Part shown: positions 39,401 to 52,016 of the stretch, piece after piece
How the letters are laid out: every line of letters starts with the position of its first letter
Numbering within the stretch: position 1 is the stretch's first letter
Assembly (NCBI GenBank): GCA_050273025.1
Contig: CP158635.1
Span: forward strand, 4,278,001-4,342,000
Source of the DNA: Cenococcum geophilum
Lineage: Eukaryota
Direction: 5' to 3'
Length of the DNA stretch: 64,000 nt
The notes under the pieces: generated by a model
Databases searched by the model: none
The model's input: the letters and a program-made list of their open reading frames with translations, nothing else
What the model was told of the DNA's origin: nothing
Made by a program: the position numbers and the translations under genes

Positions 39401-41439
39401 CTATATTAAAGAAGTATTTATAAGACATAGAGTACTAAGTAAAATTATATTAGATAGAGACCTAAGATTTATAGCAGCATTTTAGGAAGTGTTCTTAGTA
39501 GAGTAAGGAGTTTAAGTAGTAACTTCTACTATATACTATCCGCAGATAGATAGTTAAATAAAAAGATTAAATTAGACGCTAGAGTAGTCACTAAGGTATT
39601 ATATTAATTATATATAGAATAATTAGGTATTACTATTACTAGTTATATAGTTTGCATATAATATAATACCTTAAAAAGGAATAGGTATATTACCATTTAA
39701 GGCAAATTATAAATATAAGCTAAGAATATCGTTATTACCACAGTAAGTAAAAAAAATGAGTAGTATAGCTAAAGAAAGAATAAAGACGTTAATAAATCTT
39801 TATATAGACCTTATAGAATTAGTAAAAAAAGTATAAAAAAGAATAAAAAGGTACTATAATGCTAAGAGATTTAAGGGACTAGATCTTAAGGAGGGAGATA
39901 AAGTATAGTTACTACATAAAAATTTTAAGAGTTAATAACTAAGTAAGAAGTTGGACCACGTTAAACTAGGACCTTTTAAAATTATATAGAGGATTTCACC
40001 GGTTATATTTAAGTTAAACCTACTAGCCAAAATAAAGATCTACCCTATATAGTATATTATAATACTAGAGCCAGTATATAGGAATATTAAGCCACCGGTT
40101 TATAAAGTAGACACGTATAGAGGATAGGAAGAAGATAAATAGTAAGTATTAAAGATCGTTAATTATAAGGACATTAACAATAAAATATGGTATAAGGTTA
40201 AGTAAATAGGCTATACTAAGACTACCTAGGAGCTACTAGAGAATTTAAAGAACGCTATAAGAAAGGTATAGGAGTATCGGAAGAGATTAGGTTAAGTAAT
40301 ATTAATAAAGAAGGATTGCTAAAGAATAAGTTACCTAAGGGGGACCTAAGAAGAGCAGTTGCCGAACTACTTAGATCTATTTCCTTCTCTATTAGAGGAA
40401 AGTCCGTTCTTTTATTACCTAGTTCCTATAAACCTTATTTTATAAGTTTCTACTCCTTAGAATAAACCTTCTTATAAACCTTCTTAAGACGAAGTAAATA
40501 AGTAAACGCCGTAATTTAAGTATCTAGAGCTTTCTATTCCGCGTTATAGGAACGTTCTAACTTAGTAAGGGCTTATAATAGTTTACTATCTAGCCGCGCA
40601 GTAGTAGATTAAATATAAAACCCTAAGACAAATTAATTAGGGAACTAGACGACTATTAAGAGTAATAGGTTACGTATATTTAGTATTAGAAGTAAAGCGA
40701 ATATTATAGGACAAACGAATATTCGCTTTAGTATACTTTAAGTAAGAGAACAGTTATTGTAAAGATAGGTTTACTAACGCAATATAAACTAACCCCTCTT
40801 TTAAACAACAAGAATACGGAGATAGCATAATCTCACTAAGAGATAGTATTACAGTAATAGTGTAAGCACAACGTTGGGCGTATAAAGAAGAAATTACTTT
40901 AGGTATAATAAGCAATAATATTAACTAAATTAATTAGACGGATATTATACCTCTAGTAAATAACTTAGAGATGTTTCGAATCTTTAAGGACAAAGATAAA
41001 GAGGAGGGAGATGGTATTACGGACGCTTTAAGTACGATATTATAACTACTTAGAGAAGAAACGGAAGAAGCTAGTTAGTTAATTTAGGTATAGTCTAGAA
41101 TAGAGCCAATAGAACTATATAATGAGGAATAGTAACTAAGGTTATATAATATGCTATATATTAAATAAGAGGAATAAGAGGAACTTATATACCTTATATA
41201 TAAGACGTATATTACGTATAAGAAGGATTTTATAGGAGTACAGTTATGTATTTAAGGACCCTTAGTCCCTACCTAGATAGTTCCTTCCTTATAGTAATTC
41301 TTAGAATATAATTAGAGTTAATCTATTGGGCAACCACTCCACTAGTTGTTATTACGTTGTTGACTTTTGTACTTGCATTTCCTATACACCTAGCCTAATA
41401 ACGAGCCTACCGTAGTTCTTGCTATAAGGTTCCGTTACA
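33489..41439 (+). mobile_element. Gypsy-A copy 2: full-length (7.95 kb) chromodomain Gypsy inserted in the 3' LTR of Copia-B
   Basis: 425-bp LTRs at 33489-33913 and 41015-41439, TSD CTATC, PPT ~40998-41014, gag ATG 33958. De-RIP motifs: CCHC knuckle (~34960-35002), LIDSGA (~37026), VYLDD (~37986), integrase, chromodomain (~40130-40270). Confidence 0.95.
40220..40906 (-). pseudogene. Antisense accessory gene of Gypsy-A2 (same gene as 9074-9760)
   Basis: Same frame and Cys spacing as copy 1, with the second Cys still TGT, and the intron at the same position. 3' end approximate. Confidence 0.65.
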
Positions 41440-43801
41440 CTATCTAAAAGAGCATACAATACTATATGTATTTCATACCCCTAGATATAACTTACTTATA
41501 TTATTAAATTGATATAAATAAATACCTTTATTAATTCTAGGGATATTTATAGTAATTACAACTTTATCTAACCTAGCTGTACTAACTTATTTAAACGATA
41601 TATTAATTTTAAACGTTTTTAACGTTAATATTATTTCCGCCTAGCCTTTTTAAAAGTATATAATTATTAGCTTACTATTTTAGTAAATTTTTTTTTTATA
41701 TTTAAGACCTATTTTATAATATAGATGCTTTTTAAATATTACCCCTTATATATTTTAACCTTATAGAAATAATAAAAGCTATTACTTTTTAATTATATAT
41801 TACATCTTATTAAGATTTACTAGGCTTTAATAAAGGCTTAGAAGGCTAGTAACGTTATATATATATTATAAAACTCTTTTATTAAAGGGCTGTATATAAA
41901 AGAACCTAATAGAATAAAGATAGAGTCTTAATATAGCTTAGATATAATATACTTAAAGTAAGCACTAGCCCTAACTATCGCTAGATATATTATCAAAGTT
42001 CTTTAATAAGCTATATTGGCACCTTTAATAGAGGCGCTAAAGGATGTATATATTTACTATAAGGAGTTAAAATAATATAAGGGCAATCCTTAATATTATC
42101 TAGCTATATATAGTTAAACTCTATATTATATAGGGCTAGTACCCATTTTCTAGGTCCTTAGGCGTAGTTACAGCCTAGATATATTAATATTATATTATAG
42201 TTATATACTTATTATAATAACTTACCACAATTTTTTGTTTTTTTTTCTTCTATACTTTACTACTATATAGGTTTCTAGAGTACCCTAATAGCCTTAATTA
42301 AGTAAATCTCTTAAATATTTTAATAAGTATCTTAAAACTAAAGAAAGAGACTTTTAGTAGTGTTTTTTATAGTTCTATATTTAACTTCCCTTAGTATAGT
42401 ATATACTTACCATAGGTCTATTTATAAGTAACTAGTTATAGCTTAATTATAGTAGTAATATATTTAGGACCTATTAGACACTAACCGTATACTTTATAAT
42501 ATAAAGATATAGCTTATAATTAGTACTTTACTCTATATAGGCAATTCAGTGCTAAAATATATAATAAATGCTATTATAAAGCTTATATCTACGTTAATAA
42601 GAATAGATAAGATAAATAAATATCTTATATATTTATATCTCTTCGTTTAATATTATCTTAATTTAATTCTAATAAATTACTAAATATATATATAAGAGTT
42701 TGTAACATCTATATTATAAATATATTATACTTTTTTAAAAAAAAAATTTATGTATTTTTTCCTAGTCCTCTACTATAATTTGCTTATAGTAAAAGTTTTA
42801 TAATTAAGGATTTAAGTATTTATAATAAAACACGCCTAAATAGGGTATTTGTCTTTTTTAAGCACTTTTAGAGGCTAAAAAGAGGGCATATTATACTTAT
42901 TTTGTTTTTTAATATATATAAGTATTATATTTATCTATATTAGAACCTAGTTATATATAGGATCTATTTAGGATATAGTCTCTTATATATATTTTTATAC
43001 ATCTTAATAATATTCTTATTATTTAGCTATAGGTTAGATAAATCTATAATAAATCTAACCCTATATTTAGAGGATGTAAAATATTCTAATATCTTAACTA
43101 AATATAAGTCTTTCTACTATAAGTAATCTAGTTTATATAATTGATATTAAGCCTAGCTATATTATAGAAATAATTAGTTTATATATTATATATAGCTCGC
43201 ATTATAAAATTCTACTTACTACTCCCGTTAAAGAAAATGTATTAGTAGATTATTATAGTATAGGTATTTAGAATTATATATCTTTATAACACTCTCAATA
43301 TAAGCCAGATATATCCTAATTACCATCTTTAATATATGTGCGTTCCTTCTACACCCGTTACTATTAATAAAAGAAGTCCTCTTATAATTATTCTAAGTCT
43401 TTAATTAAGGACTAAGTTACTTCCATTAGTAGTAATATAGAAAAACTACCTAACATAGGTAGATATGTAAGGGTGTTTAAATTATATCTTAGATATATTA
43501 TTAATCTACCCTAGATATATCTTTCGCACTTTAGGGTATTTATATATTATTAGCTATTTCTAATATTAAAATAATATAATCTTACGTATACCAAAGATAG
43601 GATAGTTATAATATTATTTAATCTAATATAGCTTTAATAGATTAATGCCAAAAATTAAAGAATTTTATACTAAAAACTCATTAAAGTTTATCTAGTGTAA
43701 GATTTTGCAACGTGGCGCATTTTAACACTTCTAGAGCTTTCGGCAACACTCTCCGAGCTCCAGACTTAAAGGCTAGAGGAATTACAAGAAGTCAGGCCGT
43801 A

Positions 43802-46311
43802 ACGTGGGACCCCAGGAAGCAAGACACCCCCCCTAGCGAGACATTCGCGCCCATGCCTCCCCTTCTTCCCTGCCAAATTACACCTAAATCGAAAATTTCT
43901 AGCACAAATCGCCATGTCCCTTCCTAAATTTAGTTCTCGCGAAGCCGAAACCTCCATATAAAAAGCTATACAAGACGTTAAATTAGGCGTTGAGCCGTCG
44001 ATTCGCAAAGCCTCCGATATTCGCGCATTACCACCCTCTACCGTTGCTCATTGTCTTGCTGGGCGTCTCCCTTAACACCTAGCCCATAAAACCCTACTGC
44101 ATACTTATTAGGAGGATTAAATTATTAAATAGATACGCGAATATTAGTCCTAGGGCTTTCTAATAAGAGTTAATATGCTTTCTATAATTGCGAACTTATT
44201 CTTAGCAGAAGGTAGGGTTATAGGTAAATATTAAGGGAAGAGATTTACGCAATACCACGGGCTCTATAGTATTATAAGTTGTTAATTAGATTGCTAGAGA
44301 GCCTAGAATAATAATCTAGTTATTATTCGCGACTGGTTTAAGTTCTTTTAAAGCATACGGGATAAATACTTAATTAAGCACTCCAAATTCATGCATAACT
44401 TTAACGAAAAAGGGGTAATACTAGGCCTGGCAGCATCGGCTTAAGTAATTGTAGATAGTAAGACTAGTAAGGAGAGGTTAAAGAATTAGACTATTTAATA
44501 ACTAGGAACACAAAAGCTAGTCTTTATAATTAAGACAATTAGCGCTAATAGCTCTTACCTACCTCCGTTTATAATTTGGAAAGGGCAGTAATACTAAAAG
44601 ACTTAGTATTAAATTACTAAGCAGGATAAACGTCTTCGTGGGTATACCTATATAACCTTAACAAAAGGCTAGACAGACGACTCGCTAGGCCTATACTATA
44701 TTAAATACTATAATACTTATACGCGATATCTTTTGGAGGATAATAAGGGCAACATTTAAAGCTATCGTATACTTATAATAGATAATTACTTAAGCCACAT
44801 TACCTAGCAGTTTATTAAGTATACGCTGTCGCATAAGATTATTCTAGTTATACTCCCACCTTATTTAATATATAAGCTTCAGCTACTAGATATAAGCTGT
44901 TTTAGACCTCTTTAGTACTACTATGGCGTAGAGGTGGATAACTTCTATTATTATGGCTATATAGGAATTAACAAAGAGTATTTTATAAAGCTCCACCCTA
45001 TAGCGCGCGCTAAGGCGTTTACTTATAAGACAATTTGTAGCGCCTAGAAAGCTATAGGTCTTCTATTATATAATTCTACTACTATTTTAAAGACTTTACC
45101 ACGTATAGAGGCCTCCGCAAGCCCTAAAATAAGCTAGTTAATTATAATTATAGACCGTTAAACCCTAAAGACCCCTAGGACTGTAGAGGACCTTAAGTCT
45201 CTATAAAATTAGATTACCGAATTAACTACCGAGCGACCAGATGGTATGCTTAAAACCCCTATTTAGCAATACGTTAAAAAGCTATTTAAAGCTGCTATTA
45301 GCTTTGCTACTAATGTATAAATATAAAGAGAAGAGAATAAGTGTAATAAAGCCTTATAGCAGGAACTACGGTAGACTTATTAATAAGCTAGGTATATAGG
45401 TAAGTAGGAAGTCAATAATGTAATAATAACTAGTAGAGTAGTTGCCTAATAGATTAACTCTAATTATATTCTAAGATTCACTACAAAGAGAAGAACTATC
45501 TAGGTAGGGACTATAGTCCTTTAAATACACAACCGTACTTCTAAGAAATCCTCCTTATACGTGAAGTACGTCTTATATATAAGGTACATAAGTTCCTCCT
45601 GTTCCTTTTATTTAATACGTAGCACATTATATAACCTTAGTTACTATTCCTTATTATATAGTTCTACCGGCTCTATTTTAGACCATGCCTTAATTAACCA
45701 ACTAGCTGCTTCCAACTCCTCTCCTAGTAGTCGTAATATCGTACTTAAAGCGTTTGTAACAATAAGCGATTTTAGAAGTATAAGATAGATAAGAAAAGTA
45801 GTAGGAGACTCCTAAGTAAGGGCAAAGTCCTTACCTAGGAGGACGTTAATTAATTAAAGTTGGAGGATCTACAAAAATAGGAGCTTGCTGCCTAAAAGTT
45901 AGCTTAAAAGGAGTATAAGGAAGGGACCTCTCTACTAGAGCTTAACGTTGCTTTATATACTAGAGCTATATTAAACCCTAGTGAATATAGTTAAGACTAG
46001 GCAACCTTTATATACGTTTTTTAGTGTAATCCTTAGCCTGCAAAGGAATTTGGTAGTGAGTTGATCTGGAAGGGAGGCTTGGAAGAGTGTGGTGGTAAGC
46101 TATCTAATTAGTCAACGTTGGGGGCAAACTTACGCCCACAACGTACTCGGAAACTTCTAAGCCGTTTTCTTTTATAATAAGAAGCATAATCGCTTTAATT
46201 TGGGCTATTTAGATTTAATATAAAGGCGTTGTTAATTTTATTATTAATACAAATGCATCTGGGGGTAAGTGACTCGCTTGGGGGGGTGTCTCGCTTCCTG
46301 GGGTCCCACGT
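43802..46311 (+). mobile_element. Fot1-like (pogo) DNA transposon with a nested solo LTR
   Basis: ~42-bp TIRs starting ACGTGGGACCCCAGGAAGC, with TA on both sides. Transposase from ATG 43914 with de-RIP motifs NFDEKG (~44397), KGWTDD (~44664), DNHSSH and PHSTHKLQPLD (~44858). Confidence 0.95.
45342..45761 (-). mobile_element. Solo LTR of the Gypsy-A family
   Basis: 420 bp, TG...CA, colinear with 16036-16457, TSD ATAAG. Confidence 0.92.
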
Positions 46312-46572
46312 TAATTAGATGCCAAGCCGCACGTGAGTGCGCGTCATCAGCCGCAAAGCTTGGGCAGCCTTGTGGGATAGACAAAGAGCATGTCTGTGTG
46401 CAAGGTCGCGTGTTCATCCGTTTTTCAAAGAAATCTGTACTATTATTACGTACCTTGTTTGGAGCAATGCGCAGCGTCTCACAACCAACGGGCGCAACAT
46501 CTGCATCTCCGCTGGTCGGTGATTTCAGTCTCTTCTTATCTTCTTCCCATTCTCATCTTGAATACGATAACC

Positions 46573-49500
46573 ATGGCGGGCAGTAGAGGCAGATCACGGA
46601 AGACAGTGCTAGCTTCGCAGAGTACCAGTAGTGCGGCACGCACTCGAGGCACAAAGGGCAGGATCTCAAAGCAAGATACCGAAGTTCCGGAAGTCTTTCG
46701 AGACTTACTCTCGGAGGCAACAACTTCCGTAGTTGCTGGGGCTGATGAGGATAGTAAACCACTGAAGAAACGAAGGACAGCAAGAGGCATTATTGGAAAT
46801 GAAACCGACGATACGAGACAAAGCCCCGCTCCCAATATCCGAATTGCGCCCAAATCAACCTCGCCGGCGCCGACAGAAAGCGATCAAGAAATAGTGGATT
46901 ATAATTGGAATGCAAGGCTTCACACCGTTACAGATTATTCTGAAGAGTCAGATGAAAGTGAATTTGAATGGGAAGATGTAGGGCTAGGTCAAATTGAGGG
47001 CGAAGATGGAGAAACTACGCGAGTTGAGTCTCATATCGGGGATCTCTCGATCGTCATTGGAGATAACAAAGCTGGTAAAACAGTTACAAAGCAAGTTCGC
47101 CGGAAGGGTGTTACTGCGGCTGATAAAAGACGGAGACTTGATATTCATAAAGTGCACCTTCTATGCCTATTATATCACGTCCATCTCCGGAACGCTTGGT
47201 GCAATGATGACGGGGCCCAGGTACTTTTGAATCAGATTATATCGAAAGGCACTCTACGCTAATTTGCCTAGAACATTTTACGGAAGCTGCCTTCTCCAAA
47301 GATGCTCTCTGACCTTATTCCGAACCCCGAACATACTCAAGCCCAGGCCGCAAAATGCTTTATAAATGGTCTTCAAGCCATCAAAACGATGTGGTCGAGC
47401 AGATTCTCCATTACGGCTCTAGGCCTACATAAACCAAGATGGGCTGATAGTGAAGAAGTAGAGCAAGAAGTATGAACCTAATCTTCCTAGGAAATTCAAG
47501 TCTCATCTACTAATTCCAGGCGTACATTAGCTCAAAATTCTTGACAACCTTGACCCGCCTATGCAGCGTCTGGAGTTTAGAAAAGCTGCTAGGATACTTG
47601 AAGGATCTCAAGACGTTGGTACCCAATTGTTTTGTGCTCTTCTAAGAGCGATTGGGGTCGAAGCACGATTAGTATGCTCATTACAGTGCCTTCCTTTTGC
47701 TTCGATAGCACAGAATACACATCTTCAGACGCCGAAGATACAAAAGAATACTGTGATCCTGGATCCCTCCTTATCAGATGCATCTCCTATGAGCTCTAAA
47801 TCTGATGCAAACGCATCTACAGCCCCAACCATTCAAGCAGAGAAATCAGTAGCCCCGAGCCGACCTAAGCGAATATCAAGGCTAGGACAACTTGGTTCCG
47901 CCAGAAATCATGGATATGGTCTAAGCAAACCAGCTCCCCGTATGTAAAATTTAAGCGCCTTTAGCACGGTTGCATGCTGACATTTCTTCAGAGCCTAAGC
48001 CTAAAAAAATACATCATACCGCGTATCCAGTCTACTGGGTTGAAGCTTTCAATTCAGCAGTTCAAAAATGGGTTACGGTTGATCCACTTTCAACCTCTAC
48101 TGTTGACAAACCTGATAAATTAGAACCCCCACTAGGCTATCAGCAAACCGTATTAAGCTATGTCGTTGCATTCGAAGAAGATTCCGTTGCCAAAGATATA
48201 ACCCGGCAGTATGCGAAAGCATACAATGCTAAAACAAGGAGATCAAGAGTTGAGAGTACAGAGGGGGGTGCGAAATGGTGGAAGAAGGCTCTTAAAGTCT
48301 TCAGAAGAGGAACTATCCTTGTGAGCGAATACGAGATGTGGGTTTTAATTGGATCTAATCTTCATGTAGGACAGAGATCAAGTCGAAGACGCAGCACTTG
48401 CACGAAAAGAAGCCGCAGAAGGAATGCCGCGAAACGTCCAAGACTTTAAGGACCATCCTATATATGTGCTTGAACGCCATCTCAAACATAATCAGGTCAT
48501 TCATCCAAAGAAAGGAGTTGGAAAAGTCAACATTGGCACTGCTGCATCGAGCAACATGGAGTCAGTTTATCGGAGGCGAGATGTCCATATTGTGAGAAGT
48601 GCTGATAAATGGTACCGCCTTGGACGGGAAGTCATGGTAGGCACTACATATGGGTCAATATCCAGTAAATACATTAACGGGCAAGCAGGACGGCGCACAG
48701 CCCCTGAAACATGCAAAGCGACGAAAAAGAACTCGCCACTCTCTAACGCCACAGGCCATAGATCCCGAAGATGATGTGTGTGTCGGCCTTTATGCAGCGT
48801 TTCAGACGGAGCTCTACGTCCCTCCGCCTGTCGTTCGGGGTCGAGTTCCTCGCAACGCTTATGGTAACCTCGACATTTACGTTCCGTCTATGATCCCGAA
48901 AGACGGCGTCCACGTTCGCTCACCTGACGCTGCAAAAGCTGCTCGTATAGTAGGAGTGGACTATGCAGATGCCGTTACTGGATTTCAATTCAAAGGTCGT
49001 CACGGTGCTGCCGTCATACAAGGAATTATAGTGGCGAGTCAGTATCGCGAAGCCGTCGAAGCCGTCATTCACGGATTTGCATACATGAAAGAAGAAGCAG
49101 AGAACGCTCAGCGAAGCGCCGGGGCTCTGCGGCTGTGGAGGAGATTTCTCATAGGACTGCGAATTGCCCAGAGAGTGAGAGGTTACGAGATCGACGGGCA
49201 AACAGCTGATGTCCAACAAGAGATAGACAGTATTGAGGACGAGCTTACTGAACGGTATCAAGCTGGCGGCTTCTTCCCCGATGCTGGTCCTACTGAGCCA
49301 ATGAGACCCATTACAAGAACCGTAAATTCGGGTCTCGCATATGGGGGTGATTACGGCGGTGGTTTTATTCCCGTAAAAGCCGATGCTTTTGAGGGTTCTA
49401 TGGATGAGCGAGATCTAGAAGCTCACGAGTATGCCCAAGAAAATGGTGGACAGCATGTGGACCCCGTCACAAAACATGATATGGGAGAAGGTTTTCTTCC

Positions 49501-50002
49501 TGAAGATAGTACTGGAGAGGATGGTGGCTTCACACGTGAAGAGTCTGCACCCGAAAAAGTAAGAGGAGAGCAAGCAATGCCCCAAGAAGCTTCAGTCCTA
49601 GATTTGAGTATGGCCGGTGGGTTTCTAGTAGAAGTAGGTGATTTTGCAGATTCAAGCCGCAAAGTCGATACTACGGAGCCAACGGCATTAGGATATAACG
49701 GACATTCCGGCCGCACGTTACGAAGTCAGAGTCCCGCTCGGGAGAAACCAGGGCATATTTCGACAACGAGGTCTTTGTCGGCTGATGCGATCGAAGAAAA
49801 AACTTATTCCTCTGCAAGAGAATCCACCGCATCACCCGACTTAGAAGCACAAACGTCAGAGCCAAATGTTTCAAAATCACCACCACGCCTTCCCGACCTC
49901 GTCAAGGTAGATACAAGTGATGATGACAGGGACTCTTTGCCGTCTAACGACCCTGAGGATGAGGATGCAGACCCGGACTGGCTAGTCTGTCTTACTGATT
50001 AA
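46573..50002 (+). CDS. RAD4: Nucleotide excision repair damage sensor Rad4/XPC, about 1054 aa; exons 46573-47220, 47272-47469, 47531-47939, 47992-48320, 48370-48636, 48689-50002
   Basis: Rad4 motifs across the ORF fragments: HKVHLLCLL..RNAWCND, LFCALLRAIGVEARLVCSLQ, YWVEAF..WVTVDP, KDITRQYA, FKDHPIYVLERHLK, VPRNAYGNLDIY, DYADAVTGFQF. Five GT-AG introns with branch sites join in frame (3165 nt including stop). Confidence 0.93.
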
Positions 50003-50227
50003 TGACTTGGGTATATTTGGAAGATTTTGTATCGTCAATGAGACCACTGGAATGCCAAGCTCACTGCTGCGAACGCTTGTATAAAGATATCCTCGCCTCG
50101 ATTACTCTACCTGATAGAGTATAAAACTAAAGTAATTATCACAATAAATTTGAGCTCTCATACTTGCAACTGGCTTTTTACTACCCTCATCTACCCCTTC
50201 TGCAATAATATCAAGTTCTTTGTAACC

Positions 50228-50560
50228 ATGGCACCGCGACTTCCTCATTGACCACCCTTTTTCCCGCTATACCCTCAACGAGTGAGTCCTTTTATTCGAC
50301 CACTCAGCACCACTCCTATGCGACAGCTAAAGGAAGACACAGACCGCGGCGGCCATGAAATTGGGGCAAAGAAACAGGAGTATCCGAGAAAGCAGAAAAG
50401 AGGCGAAGGACATTGGCACGAGGTATTAGGGGGCTAATGCGAGAGCCATTTCAAGGCAGACCAACAAAATGTCAACGATCATGGAGGCATATGGAAGAGT
50501 TGCAGCAACAAACGAAGAAGGCTAGCGAGGAAGGGAGGTATCGATACGGCTATAAGCGAG
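50228..50560 (+). pseudogene. Disrupted small gene resembling a conserved fungal hypothetical protein with a mitochondrial presequence-like N-terminus
   Basis: Stitched reading MAPRL..RPLSTTPMRQLKEDTDR..AKKQE..KQKRGEGHWHE.L..ESHFKAD..MEELQQQTKK needs several frameshifts and crosses an in-frame TAA (~50435). Family recognised from memory only. Confidence 0.5.
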
Positions 50561-50756
50561 ATGGTGATGGGTGATGGGTGACGAGTGTATAATATGATGA
50601 CATTCTTGGAGTGGGATAGTGTCTTGATAGTGAACATTGCATGACTGAAGTTCGCGGCTTTACATTTCTGGGGAACCGCGGCTTTCTTACAGCTTCACCT
50701 CCGTCAGCTGTCAAACCAAGACGTCGAGATCTAATGCGGATTTCTGTTTCAAGCAT

Positions 50757-51649
50757 TATATACTCGTTAAGCCGATTGCTCTCCTAAGGCAATCTAACGT
50801 ATTTAGAAGAAAATAAGGCTATATAGAAAGATAAGGCTCGGTTGCGAATATAAGTTAAAACGTATATTAAATAACGAGATAATTATCGCATTGCTCTACC
50901 GACTAGATAAGGCTCCGCACTTATATCTTAATAAAATAATATAGTTTATCTATAATTAGTTCTAGGTAGTTATTAGTAGGTAGATACTTAGTGTAGAATT
51001 AAGAGTTACTAGCTAGAGCTGGAAGCTAGTAAGGAAGCTTTTATAGGCGTATATATAGAAGTTGCTAATTATATATAAGGCTCGCCGAGTTGCCTATAAG
51101 CAAAGCTAGGAGGATTATACCTTATTCTAAGCTATAATCTCGCAGTTTACTATTAATTAGTTAGTATTTATAGACGAATCTAGAGCTAACTTAAAGATAG
51201 GTATATAAAAGGCGTTTTAGTTATTAGTGGGAGTTATACTAGTTCTATATATACTATATAATCGTAGTAAGCAGCGAGTTAATATACTACTTACCTATAC
51301 TATTAACGGTGTACTAGTATTATTAGTATATACTAGCTTAATAAATTTAGAGGGCTATAACTACTAGATTAAGCATATCCTCTTACCTTATTATAATCCT
51401 TATCTAAAATTAAGATTAGTAGTTATTATAGCTAACGCGAGCTTTTATTACTTAGCCTATATTAGCTCCCTCTTTAAGCGAGCCGGTATAAAGCTTATAT
51501 ACTTACCTAGATACTCGCCCAATCTAAATCTAATTAAGAAGTTCTTTAATAAGCTAAAGGAGTTTATTTAATAATATTTTACTATATAAAAGGAGGCGCT
51601 AAAGTAATAGGGTAATGGCTTTAATAGCTTTTTAAGTTAGTATATAGAG
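50757..51649 (+). pseudogene. Tc1/IS630-type (DD34E) transposase fragment, RIP-decayed, cut at the 3' side
   Basis: De-RIP LYLDEM (~50921), FIDESG (~51167), xNASFH (~51431) and LPRYSPDLNPIE (~51502), with 34 residues between the second D position and E. No TIR seen. Confidence 0.85.
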
Positions 51650-52016
51650 ACGAGAAATAGGCCAGATTTTCCAAGGAAAATTTCCTCCTTACCGACTTAC
51701 AGCCGGCAATTCGGTCCTTGGAGAAATTTAGCCTATTTCTCACGCCTGCGGCGGGCCTCCGTCCCTTTAAACTAAGTGCTGCTATACTACTATCCTCTAC
51801 TACCTACTACTGCCCTACTACTATAGAATTTATATAGTTACCTCGTGGTAACGTAAGGCTGCCTTTATATAATAATCGCGTGATATAGATTTATATAGTT
51901 AATTACATAACGTATATTAATAATAGCTATTTACGTTGTTATTGTTATTGTTATCTTCTTCCTTAAGTAATAGCACCACTATTACTACCACTATTAGTAC
52001 TGCTGCTGCTGCTGCT

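Larger units (their letters stand above)
27446..41520 (+). mobile_element. Copia-B: second GalEa-type Copia retrotransposon, RIP-decayed
   Basis: TSD AATAC. 5' LTR 27446-27665; 3' LTR 33345-33488 plus 41445-41520 (split by Gypsy-A2). RIPed palindrome TACTAATTAGTA at 27664-27675. Motifs DTGAS (~29951), HRLHRCFGH (~30381), RDISQAY (~31863), QTDD (~32121), EKRLMVD (~32899). Confidence 0.92.
1351..41748 (+). mobile_element. pogo/Fot1-type DNA transposon (~4.2 kb own sequence) expanded to ~40 kb by nested insertions
   Basis: Left end 1351-1514 plus 21467-21493 (split by Copia-A) aligns with the reverse complement of 41548-41748 (e.g. taattatatacttttaaaa, aaaaacgtttaaaatt, taaagttgtaattactataa). 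TA lies outside both ends and a pogo transposase lies between them. The arms are diverged and include indels. Confidence 0.55.

Noticed and set aside
43712..44008. ORFs spanning the left Fot1 TIR
   Set aside because: They cross the insertion junction; chance frames in GC-rich TIR sequence.
46390..46572. Upstream in-frame ATG extending Rad4
   Set aside because: The extension is not protein-like and starts 79 bp from the transposon end; ACCATGG at 46573 has good context and begins the typical basic N-terminus.
46536..49886. Minus-strand and alternative-frame ORFs overlapping RAD4
   Set aside because: Shadow ORFs of the real gene with no motifs.
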